DNA of 59,731 nucleotides, counting the filler, from Sphacelaria rigidula (Eukaryota): assembly GCA_964200075.2 (NCBI GenBank). It is 7 parts of 7 records of this genome, joined end to end, with 100 filler letters (N's around TTAATTAATTAA, not from the genome) between each part and the next. Parts side by side here need not be neighbours in the genome. Positions count along the whole stretch, not along the records: positions 8,550 to 16,997 come from CAXNAA020011100.1; positions 17,098 to 25,545 come from CAXNAA020011101.1; 5 more parts are not named here. One strand, given 5' to 3'. The position numbers were made by a program, and so were the translations under genes. The notes beneath the pieces were generated by a model that worked only from the letters and a program-made list of their open reading frames with translations, was not told where the DNA came from and ran no database searches. Below, in pieces: positions 12,504-23,650 of the stretch. The first letter of the stretch is position 1. The number at the start of each line of letters is the position of its first letter.

Positions 12504-13410
12504 GGCTTCAAAAGGAAACCCGAAACATTCCGGCACAAAATGGGAGCAACAACCTTACCACCGTTTTCGTTGCAAGATGCGTTACCTTCACAAATGCCTA
12601 GTAAAAAATCCTCGGGATTCGCAGAAGAAAATGTAAGGTGTCACGAGACCCAATATCGTTCCACAATACAAGGTTTATATATGAGTACTTCTCACTTCAT
12701 AGCTTATAGGTAGCGGGTGCGGGAGGACCGGAGTCCACTTGATGTACAGATGAGGGTCCCGCACAAGCTTTTTGTCGTTCTCACGCTGGGTAAGGCACTC
12801 CCCTCTCGCCAAGATACGCTTCAGGCCCTGCCTTCAGATCGAGATGCACGTATGACGGGGGAGGGAACAGTGTAGTAGCAGAGAGTAATGTTATGCGGAG
12901 CAACACTTTGTTCATGACGTGGATAGACCCATGCCACGGATCCGGAGAGAGCATAGCACACCAAGTGAGCACAACCCTCTTTTCTGCAACACCTATGCTC
13001 TTCAGAGAATATGTCTGCTGTTGACCAGGTGAATTATCTATACTTGGCCTATTTCATTTACATATTACGATGCAAGAACAAATATACCCCGAAAACTTGA
13101 CGCTCGGCCGGAGTCATACCACGGTACAGGTTCACAAAAGATTTCTCAGGCTTAAATTGTGAGGAGCCCCTTATGTCATCCGAAAAACGACCTTTAAAAT
13201 ATGTGAGAGCACGCCACGATCAGCACTCTAATGGGTTAGGGACATCTCGAATGGAGCAATGCCATGGGGGGGTGCACATTTCCCCCCCCCGAGGCTCCCT
13301 GCTGTAGGAGCCTCTCGATGACAAATATGTGAACCTTAGTGTGCAGCCTTAGAAAACTTTTCACACGCCGGACAGCTCAACTCAGGTTAGCACGAATTAA
13401 CTCTTTTCCG

Positions 13411-13768
13411 CATAACTCACCTGTGAGTTATAGCAACATAACTCAGCGATGCACATTCTGGCCGGGTGAGTTATACAGCATAACTCAGCGATGCAAAATC
13501 TGGCTGGGTGAGTTATACTACATAAGTCAGCGGTGCACATTCTGACCGGATGTGTTATAGAAAAGTCAGCGGTGCACATTCTGGTCGGGCGAATCATAGA
13601 AGATACTCAGCGGTGCATATCTGGATCAAGTGAGTTATAGAAGATAACTCAGCGGTGCGTATTCTGATCGAGTGTGTCATAGAGGATAACTCAGCGGTGC
13701 ATATTCAGGTCAGGTGAGTTATGAAGGGGATAGGTCATGGCTGCAAAATCTGACCGGGTGATTTATAC
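13411..13768 (+). repeat. 42-bp tandem array, ~8 units
   Basis: Consensus GATAACTCAGCGGTGCACATTCTGGCCGGGTGAGTTATAGAA. Confidence 0.9.
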
Positions 13769-13883
13769 CATTATTCACGATAGCATACAGTAACTAATCA
13801 TTTGAAAAAAGAAAAGAACGTGAACCTCACTCCTGTGTTACGAGTTCTGGGCACAGAGACGAGATATTTGCCCCTCATTACGG

Positions 13884-14356
13884 CCTGTGACGATTTATAG
13901 ACAACCGATTAGACTACCGTACAGTCAGCGCTGACTGTACGGTAGTCTAATCGGTTGCCTATAAATCGCCACAAAACTTAGTTGTGGGGGTTCGACCCCC
14001 GTCACTTTCCCTCCGAGGAGGGCATCTCCCCTTGCCAGCGCTGTTCAACTGTTCGCGCTCACGGTATCGATCAAATGTTGCCACACGTATCCAGTCGGAG
14101 TTACTCATCTCCCCCATTGATTTCCAGAGTGTGCACTGAGGTCCCTAGCAGTCAACTCGGGGATTGAACTCTCTCCCATCACCCTCTTTTTTTACCGGAA
14201 GTAGGATTTCCCTCTTTTTCTTCAAAGAAAGTGCACCCGACGGGAATCGAACCAGCGGCTAACTTTTGTGACGATTGATAGGCACCCGATTAGACTACCG
14301 TACAGTCAGCGCTGACTGTACGGTAGTCTAATCGGGTGCCTATCAATCGTCACAGG
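13884..14356. other. Cassette bounded by two 88-bp palindromes with inward-facing tRNA-like Pol III boxes
   Basis: Palindromes at 13886-13973 (42/44 pairs) and 14267-14354 (44/44). A-box TAGTCTAATCGG plus B-box GGTTCGA on opposite strands. Confidence 0.8.
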
Positions 14357-14580
14357 TCCTGCATTATGTACTCGCGTAACAGTATAATATGTGTTCATGT
14401 TACACCCGCGGCAGTACTTAATTTTTATTATGCAGATCTACCCCGAGGTTTCTCATGCTACATGCACCGGTAGATGTGTCACGTGATCACGTATGTCTAC
14501 TTACACACGTGACTAGTGTCGACCCCTGTGTTCCACCTGTTGTTCCGGTCGGGTGAGTTGTACTGTGTAACCCATTTTCC

Positions 14581-15000
14581 GATAACTCAGCTGTGAGTTT
14601 GCAAAATAACTGGGTGGTGCATATTTTGGTGAAGGTGAGAGTTATAGAAGATAACTCAGCGATGTACATTCCGACCGGGTGAGTTATGTAGAAGATAACT
14701 CAGCGGTGCATTTTCTGGCCGAGTGAATTGTAGAAGATAACCCAGCGGTGCACATTCTGGCCGGGTGGGTTATAGAAGATAACTGGGCGGTGCATATTCT
14801 GGCCGGGTGAGTTATATTGAAGAATACTCAGCGGTGCACATTCTGGCCGGGTGAGATATAGAAGATAACTCAGCCGTGCACATTCTGGTTGGGTGAGTTA
14901 TAGAAGATAGCTCAGCGGTGCATATTCTGGCCGGGTAACTTATAGAAGATAAGTCAGCGGTGCATATTTTCGGCTGGAGAGTGATACAGCATAACTGAGT
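14581..15000 (+). repeat. 42-bp tandem array, ~9 units, same orientation as 13411-13768
   Basis: Same consensus unit. Confidence 0.9.
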
Positions 15001-16035
15001 TAACTCATGAGTTGTCCGACGTGTGAAAACGTTTGGACTGAAAAGTGCACCCCTACCGTGGCATCACTCAATGGCTCTCAACACGGGAATGTCCTTAGCC
15101 ATATTCTTATCTAGCTCCTAATTTTAGAAGCCCCTCAATGAGAAGTATCTAGGCTCAAATGCGCAATCCGTACGGTGGCATAGCTCGTCATATCGTGCGA
15201 GCAAGTAATAATATCAATAGCTTCCCAGTGTCAGTCGTAGCGGCCGGTCATTTTTCTTCGCCGGGTACAACATGTGGTCCTCCTGCAGGGAAGCGACCTG
15301 TGATGCAGAGTGTTATCTTGTTTGCAGTGGGTGTCATGCGAGGAGGATATTATCATTAGCATGGCGTAGACGGTTTTCATGTTTTGAGATAAAAATTAGG
15401 GCAATATACAAAAAAGGGTAGCGCATTTTTCGCTTTGGGGCGCGGTGCTGCACGCTGGCTCAGCACCTCGAAAACACGTTCCAGCGCTCCAGCCCCACGC
15501 CAAGGGTTCCTGGGCAGCATATCCGACCATGTTTTTCACTTTCGCAAGTGTTACTGGGCTGAACTGACGCGCCGAAGATGAGAGCCTGTGAGAGTACCCT
15601 TTTTTGTGAGCAAAACAGGAGGGTACACCCCGCTCTCTGCTAAAAAATTATATCTGCCCTTTTTTGTTCTATTGTTGTCCCTTTCCTGTCAAGTGTTTTG
15701 TGAAGTGGTGACCGTATCGCCGTCTCAGCACAAATTACGCCGAGCCACAACCATAAACATTTTCGGTAAAACTACACCCCGCCAAGAAAAGCCGAAACCC
15801 AACGACCAGAAGAGTGTAGCCCCCCCTGTTGGTTGGCCCGAAGACCCGGAAGATCCAATGATGCATACAGGTCTCTCTTGTGTGCCGGACCTCGCGAAGA
15901 TCCGACGAACACGGGTGAACATCTTGCCGACACACCAGCCCGTACGGCATCACGCGGGGGCGGCAACGTCAGACCGTTGCCGGATCTGCGATTTGCGGCT
16001 CGGAAACGGAGATGGACACCGACCGGATTTCGGAT

Positions 16036-16997
16036 TGGAGCAAGGACGCCTGAACCCAACGCCGTAGACTGTGCAATCAGCTATCTTCCTCTAATCGCAA
16101 AACACGCACCCTCCGACCACAACTCGGAATACCCGAAGCTGTGAGACCGACGCGCCACACCCCAAGCAACACGTACAGAAAACCTTCAGATTATCATTAG
16201 CAGCAAAGGTCAACACGCTACACCGCCGCCGAGCAGTGGCAATGCCCCCCACGAATGGTATTATGCTGCAAGGCGGCGCCGATCATTCATCTAACAGCAA
16301 ATTGTTCACCTCGGTCCTCCCCCACAGAAGAGGAGATGCACCTGCTCTGAATATCGATACATTATGGAAGGATCACAGACGTGGGCCAGATCTGTGCCGT
16401 AGCATGCACCGCCTCGTGTACACAGTCAAATGTCGACTATTCCGTTGTTCATGTATGTTGCCCTGTTTACCCTGTGCATATTCTGCATGCAGTCATACAG
16501 GACGAAGTCCAGTGAGCGTACCGTATGCACAAGTTTGACTCTTGTCAACACAGACACGCCTCGCATAGGGTCAGATGGACGATGCTGCATCAGGGTTTCA
16601 TAATAGCCATTTCATCACTGCACAGATGCCTTTTTTTCAAAAGCATGTGGGTATATATATATATATATCGGGCGTATGTGTACAAGGCATTTCCGACAAT
16701 TCCCGACCGGTGCTGACCCTCTAATCCTGCAGACTGTGACGCCAGCCACAAGACTCAGCGCGTGTGCGAAATGTCTCCGCTGCAAACGACGGCAAGCAAC
16801 AAAAAGCCTCTTCCCTCCGCCCTCCATCGAATACAATCCGTGTGGCACAACGTCGCTTGAGCCATGCGGTTACATTGGCGCGTCGGTCTCACAGCTTCGG
16901 GTATTCCGAGTTGTGGTCGGAGGGTGCGTGTTTTGCGATTAGAGGAAGATAGCTGATTGCACAGTCTACGGCGTTGGAGTCAGGCGTTCTTGCTCCA
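16036..16997. repeat. Long, young inverted repeat (arms 16036-16157 and 16876-16997, truncated by the contig end)
   Basis: 122-bp arms with 3 mismatches by eye and a 718-bp spacer. Confidence 0.9.
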
Positions 16998-19667
16998 NNN
17001 NNNNNNNNNNNNNNNNNNNNNNNNNNNNNNNNNNNNNNNNNTTAATTAATTAANNNNNNNNNNNNNNNNNNNNNNNNNNNNNNNNNNNNNNNNNNNNGTA
17101 TTCAGACCCCACCCCCCCCCAGCCGCTCCTCGTCCTCCCCACCCCGCCCTTTCCCGACCTATGTCCATGCCTCCCCCCCCCCCCCCCCCACGTCTGATCC
17201 TACTCACATACGACCGAACACAGCTCGCGGCGGTATTGGTGATGGCGTTGCTGGCCCGCATATTTGGACAGTGGCCCTTTCGACCAGCGACATATCCCCC
17301 CGCGCCTAAGGTCAGCACCAACGGGCACGCACAAGTGCCCGGCGACGCAGTGAGCATAACACAAGAAAAGGCCGTGCAACTCGTGGATGGATGACGCCAG
17401 GAGCAAGAGGGCTGGGCGGGCGAGACACCGGAGATTTGACCTACGCATGGCCTGTCCCGAACTCTGGTGAAGACCTTCAACGCTTTTGAGATGGGTGTGG
17501 CCCCCAGGGTAGTTTTAGTTCCCCGGCTGAAGGGATTTGAGCGGTTCGGCCCATTGTAAACAAGTTGTCGCGCATTTTCTCTCAACAGCGTCCCTCCGCT
17601 CTCCGTGGATGTGCAGGTGCGATGGCAGGCACGATCATGCCCTGCGCTTCAATCAGTCTCTGGTATTTTGGCGTGTCTGTTGCGCGTGTTAGTCTATATT
17701 TGTGATATGACTATTTTTACGGCCGTAGTAGAGGAGTAAGAGCGCTGTGTGGCGTGATACGGCTGAGGGTTTACCCCGTGTATGCGTAAGCCTGCTTATG
17801 GCTAGTTGGAGGAACGTGGATTGAGATTCTTCGAAATGGCGCACAGGTAATCGCCAAAAAAACGTGTGTGCTATTTTTTCTGCGTGTTGTTGACTGTGGT
17901 GGGGCAAGGGTTTTGCTGCATACCCTCGTGCGCACATATGTAGATACAAAAGAAGAATGGATAGTGTACCCTATGACTTGTATCACATCGCGTGGGAAAC
18001 TTCCGTGTGATGGATAGTTCGGTGTGCCCATGCGTTGTTCCTGAGGGGTCGACCCTTCCAGACATTGACCCGATGTTGACGAGTTATGGGTCGCTCAGTG
18101 TACCCCCTCAAAACATTAAAACCTGCCTCGTATTTGGGCTCAGGTAGCGCTCGGAGCGCGCACATCCCATCCCGCGAGGTGGGGACGGTTTGCAGCAGTC
18201 GACAGTTGTAGCATCGCTGACCGTTGTCTTCCATCCGCTGGTATTTCGCGCGAAATCTTCATCTTCACTCCAGAGGCTTGCAGGTTCTTTTGACCTCGCT
18301 CCCAAATGCCACGGGATTTAGTGGGTCGGGAACATAGCGTCGACGTCACTGTCCTGCCGTCATATTTTCAATGCACAGCACTTTATGGAGGAGGGCGTTG
18401 TGGGCGAGAGTCCCGTGCGAATGAAAATGTACTGTTTTCAGGGTGTAATGTACATACACGTAACTGCGTTAGTGGTTTCGCGGCAAGATTAATCGACCAT
18501 CCGATCTTTGTTACCCGAAGTTGTGTCATGGTGTGAGGAATGTCCACCGTCGAACGCTTTTCTACATCGAAGGGTCCTGTATGGTTTGGTCTGATTGTGT
18601 GAAATAAATTGGTGATGCCAAGGTCGATATTAGTGAGAGAGCGCATCGCACGCTAATGGCTGTTATTTCGTCAAGAGGGGATGACAGGATTGATGTGACA
18701 GGAGCGCGGGAGATGATTTTTTTTCTTGTTTCCTGGTGCGTTGGCAGTTGTCACGGTTGGTTATGCCAAGTGCTTTGTGGATAATGGGCTGTCAACACTA
18801 ACTGATCCGCTACGAGTCATTATCCAGAGGTGGTTACAAGATGGACGCGCACAAGTTAGTGAACGGCAACTTTCGCTGAAGGAATCTCGGAGGATGGGGA
18901 AATGTCGAAATGAATGAAAGGAGAGAAGAAACAGCCAGAACCTTAAGAGAAAACACGAAGAAGAGAAAGGAGAATAATAGGCGAGACATGAGCAAGAATA
19001 AGGGCGCTAGGCTGAGATGTTCCGTTTCGTAGCCCGGGCAGGCGTCCCTCTACTGTGTCGACTATTTGAAGCTTTGCCGTTCGGAGTATCTCCCGGTGCT
19101 TGTTTATTTCAAGCCAAACAGGACACCGCTTGCTTGGGCTCTCTTCGCCGTGTTGGGGTTTCTTGGCGGAATCGAGTAAGTAAGGCTAGAATATGACATG
19201 TGGGCGTACAAAAGCCAAGAAGGTTGTTTCTCACTGGAGGAAACAACGACTGGTCGAATGAATGTTCAAGCCCACACCATGCTGGCAAAAATGACTAAAA
19301 ACAGGTGGAAATATCAAGACATCACGTCGTGATTAAACTGCCGCTGTGGATGATACTCGGAAGTTGACTTCCGACTCATTCTACGATAGGTGGGGGGAGG
19401 GGGGTTGATTCCACGAAAGACGGGCTTATAAATGCTTCAGACGACCTAGCACACTCGCGGTACGCTTGTATTTGAGTAAAAGCAGTGTCAAGCGGTATGA
19501 ATGAGCATCATTTATGGGAAGCAAGCGCGTCTGAATAACCGTTGCTGCTATTAACGACGATTTCAAGTAGAATTTCGTGGAAGAAAACGGCGCACCCCCC
19601 CCCCCGTAGTAGCATGACTCTTCCAATACAACAGTAGTCCTCGTGATTCTGTGCGCGCCAGTAAGTC

Positions 19668-20972
19668 TTGCTACTATTCGGCAGGGGTGTATAAATATTT
19701 TGTGGGTCGGAGTGCTGGAGTTGGCAGGACACTCTTGCGCACTCGCACTAGTGCAGTCAAGACGAAGAAAGTTGCGTCTGAACGTGAGGCGTTCCTCTAG
19801 CATACAAACATCTCAAAATATGTGAAATATGTCATTATGTTGTTATTTCACGACGTGAGGACGTGTCTTCGCACAATATTTTGCGATCGGAAATGTGCGG
19901 TGGAAACGGAAAACTCCTATATGATAGGTCGTGATTTAATTATCATCATCGTGGTCCATTTCCAAGATAGTTGAAATCATGACCTCTAGTCAGATTGGAA
20001 CAATTGTTTCCCACCGCACTTTTTCATACCCTGGACAACATGATGAATACACTGGACACAAAAATACAGTCAAAACGTGTAATGCGTGCAGTATCGATTA
20101 CTGCGCCCATTGCAGCAAACGATAGATTCCATACTGTACGCAGTATATTTTTCAACAGTGTAATCTGTTGTCCAGAGTGTGCACTTTTTCGATCGGAAAA
20201 TGATGTGCTGAGACACGGCATGGCCTGACAAAACCTCGGACAAGTTTTGGCCGAAAAACTGCACCCCTACCGTGGCACAACCCCAGTCGTGACCTTTTTG
20301 CTGCACGCTGTTATGGTGTAACGGGTACTACTATCTTACTCAATTCAGTGTAAATCAATTTTTGCATTTCGCAGATGGACAGAGCGAGATGCTGAAGCAT
20401 ACTTGCAATGATGTTTTCGTGAGACCGAGAGTCTAGGATACGATTGAGAGTGAGGAGCGGTCATTTAGTGAACGAAATAGTTGGAGTTCCAAAATTGCTC
20501 CTCCGTGGTGGGCCGGCGATACGCTTTCTGTAGTAGCTTGCCTCTGAAGCCTTTGATATCCAAGAGTAGGATATTATCGACGTGTAGCTGTAAGCACACG
20601 ACAGTGTTACTGGTGAAGAAAAGTATGACACACAAAATGAAAAATTGATCAAGTTAGTTGAGCGAGCAATAAAACTCACTCTCAATCAACGCTAGACTCT
20701 CGGTCTCACGAAGACATTGTACTACTTGGACTAATGGTGGGAGTTTTGCTACCATAGGGGTGAACTCTTTGGTCAAAACTTATCCGTGAGGTATTTTCAC
20801 GATGTGAAACGAAACACAACGGCATTCTTTGTGATGTTCGCCTACGAGGGGATCGCCTGACGTTTAGACGCAACTTCGTCCTAACTGCACTAATGCGGGT
20901 GCGCGAGAGTCTCTTCCTAACTCCGGTACGCCGGCCCACGAAATCCTTGTGCTGCACCCGTACGGTATAGCA
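19668..20972. mobile_element. Decayed nest of TIR elements related to the Sola2-like family
   Basis: 19690-19860 is inverted relative to 20790-20960. Family-type ends ggcaggggtgtataaatatttt (19680), tgcacccctaccgtggca (20260) and tgcacccgtacggta (20954). Confidence 0.6.
20411..20717. mobile_element. ~305-bp MITE
   Basis: TIR atgttttcgtgagaccgagagtctag..attgagagtgag / ctcactctcaat..ctagactctcggtctcacgaagacat. Confidence 0.75.
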
Positions 20973-21562
20973 TGACGCGTGGTTGATGGTTGACTTTGAT
21001 TTAGCATCTACAGAGGGGGGGCGACATATTCAGTAGTTCCGGCACAGCACATGACCAAATTGGCCCAGGAGAAGGGGGGCGGGGGGGGGGGGTCACGAAA
21101 CTCAATATCCAAGCAATTAGGCTGCCAGAGATGACCAGACGGCGGTTCTTTTTTTTAGGTTCATGGAGATCGTGCTGCCACCGCACCCTGTATATAGGGG
21201 CGGTGTAGATGGAGGTCAGCTCACCTAACCAGTTATTCGTGTGCGTTGAAACACTCCTGTGCGGCTAATGGGCGGCTTGAGGGGCCATCATACTGCGTGA
21301 ACCTGCTCGAACCTGCTTGAAGAGTTTTTTTGGGCAGTGCTGAATCTTTTCCACAAGATGAAGAATGCGGTGGGGGAGGGGGGGGGGGCATCGGTGCCAG
21401 AACTGAGAGAGACATGCCACCCCCTGATCTACAAAACAACAACAACAACGACGACAACAACAGTGCGTACTAGTAGCAGCTGCTATGATACCCGATGACC
21501 ATACAACCGTATATAATATCCGTCCCACTGAACGATCTCAACATACGCACACGTGCACTTAA

Positions 21563-21662
21563 CCCTTGACCCGCGGTGCGGGTAGTCCATCTGTATAATA
21601 CATACTTTTTCAAGTGAAAATTGATGCCGATTCAGCAGGTGACCTATTATCGCGGTCAAAGG
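21563..21662. mobile_element. ~100-bp piggyBac-like MITE
   Basis: TTAA|CCCTTGACCCGCG start; body aligns with 34376-34473; right end degenerate. Confidence 0.7.
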
Positions 21663-22157
21663 CAGTGAAGGTTTAAATACAATCTGAATCCTACTGTCTG
21701 TACCTGAGAACACACACGTTCGGCCTCGAACGACTTCCTTCTCATACATACATCAACAGCATGCCTATCAGATGCTTGTAAAAATGAATAATCGAGAATT
21801 GTAGTACTCCTGTCGTGTGTCTGTTTCCGCCTCCCAATAAAAGCAAAAAACACAACGATGAAAATGATGGATTATGATATATGTTCTACGCAATACATCA
21901 TCGTCTGAGATACTACAACTGTATTCTGTAGCTCCGTCTGCGCTGAACGGTGTTGTGCTGTACTGCACTCCACTGTAGAATACCACTCTCGATCGCCCTT
22001 GCTTCCCCAAGGCGATGTTCTGTGCTGGAATGCAGTTATATATGTAGCAGTGTCTTGGGAAAGCATTCCATTTCGACGACAAAGAAGGCGCAGCCTTCCA
22101 AATACAAACGGTCTGTTGGCCTGTACACTTTCATTTCTCGAGCCGTCTGCTGCAACC

Positions 22158-22248
22158 ATGACTGCTGAAGCTGGCGCTGGGGGTGGTGCTGAGGGTGCAG
22201 AGACGATATCCCTGGCCTTCTCGCCTGGACCACTTGGCATTGAACTTG
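22158..22248 (+). CDS. PDZ-domain protein, first coding exon
   Basis: accATG start, MTAEAGAGGGAEGAETISLAFSPGPLGIEL (GPLG-phi loop of PDZ), donor G|gtgagg phase 1. Confidence 0.8.
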
Positions 22249-23172
22249 GTGAGGGTATATGTCGGGCTGGAATTTTCAAGTTTTTGACCGCCGAAAAATG
22301 TAAGCAATGTATCGAGAGGTGTCGCAAGTCATCAACCGTCGTTCAAATTTCAACTACAATAACAACAGACGGTACAGTATGCAGCAGTTTTCGGTCTGAT
22401 ACAGGTTATTTCCGTTGTAAATGAGATTAGTTCACCTTAACCGCACCCACCTGCTCGCAGTTTGTGATTGCTGGGGGGGGCTTCGTGAAGCGACCACTAT
22501 ATCACTACACACACAAACCCTCGCCGACAGACGAAATGTGTCATCCCACTTACAATATCCTCGCCGACATGAATGCAAGCGCTATCAACCCTCGTCCGAA
22601 CCGACCATTGCTGACGATGATTATGATCGTTTGTACGAGTACAGTAGTGACAAAACCCCAGCAAACACCCGGAAGATACAGTAACACGACAGTAAAAACA
22701 TCTGAGGTACAATACAGTCGGTACCATACTGTAGTGCTTGGCAATCTGGAGGTAGGCCTACTTCCATGAGTCCCAAGGGAGATGGTAATTGATGGCGGGC
22801 GTACACAACCTCGCCGACACACGGCAACAGCTGTCCTGCCTACCACACCAATAGCAACATCAGCAGCGATATCGTCGCTCCTGGCTTCGAGTCAAGAACA
22901 ACTGACTGCTCTCTACGGTATCCCAACGTAGAAATCAAGGCGATATCCACCCGTGGCGAGGTTTCCTGCCGTAGTTTGTATGCTAGTCTGACCCCTCTTG
23001 TGATGTCCAAGGTCATGGACTTATTATAGTAAGTAAGCACACGTTCACTGCAAGCTGACAACCTCGCCGACAGACGAAAACCACCTCCCTGCTTGCCATA
23101 CGATCGCCGACTTTGAGCTCCGACTCCCATCATCCTTATCTCTCGTCGCCTCGTGCAAATTGCAATCTGCAG

Positions 23173-23339
23173 AGCCTGTGTGGCAGGCAGCCGAAAACAG
23201 CGTGGGTTGCAGGGTTGCTGGGTTCAAAATGGCTCATGATGGAACTGCCGGGCAGGCAGAGCGGTTGGGTAAAGTTGGAGTGGGCGATATTTTGACGGAA
23301 GTCAACGGTCTTGCTGTGAGGGGGGTGTTGTTCGACAAG
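23173..23339 (+). CDS. PDZ-domain protein, second coding exon
   Basis: Acceptor ctgcag|AG completes Glu; ...GQAERLGKVGVGDILTEVNGLAVRGVLFDK (A-x3-G-x3-GD-IL-x-VNG PDZ signature); donor AAG|gtgggt. Confidence 0.85.
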
Positions 23340-23650
23340 GTGGGTGTGTAAAAAGAGGCGCAGCGGGTGCAGATATGCTGCTCCTTTCCCTTTCTGTTTT
23401 TGTGCTTGTGTTCCGCTGTGGGTGCGTTTTGTTGTGCAATATACGAGTGCATCAGAACCTCGTAACGGAAGTGAAAAACACGGGGAATGTTGCTGTTCCC
23501 TCGACGTCGGCGAGTTCACCAACCGGCTGGTTGCTGACGCTATCATCGCTGTATGATACAGGGCCATCGGGCAAGTGTTGTACTTAGCCGCCAAGTACGA
23601 AAGCTGGTATGCTTGTCTTGACCTGCTCGGTGGTCATTAGGCCCATTAGA

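Larger units (their letters stand above)
13254..15069. mobile_element. 1816-bp non-autonomous Sola2-like element with internal 42-bp tandem arrays
   Basis: Termini gagcaatgccatgggggggtgcac / gtgcacccctaccgtggcatcactc, TSD AATG (13250-13253, 15070-15073). Inner inverted repeat ttttcacacgccggaca / tgtccgacgtgtgaaaa. Confidence 0.85.
13111..15186. mobile_element. Older copy of the 256-bp Sola2-like MITE, split by a 1.8-kb insertion
   Basis: 13111-13253 (143 bp) plus 15074-15186 (113 bp) equals 256 bp and is colinear with 12248-12503. Confidence 0.8.

Noticed and set aside
14650-14950. loxP-like sites (ATAACT...AGTTAT)
   Set aside because: Only the outer 6 bp match loxP, the span is 37 rather than 34 bp, and no recombinase gene is present.
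13411-15000. CRISPR-like array
   Set aside because: Units are head-to-tail and similar along their whole length, with no unique spacers. No cas genes are present and the context is eukaryotic. The same applies to 46949-47094 and 47410-47735.
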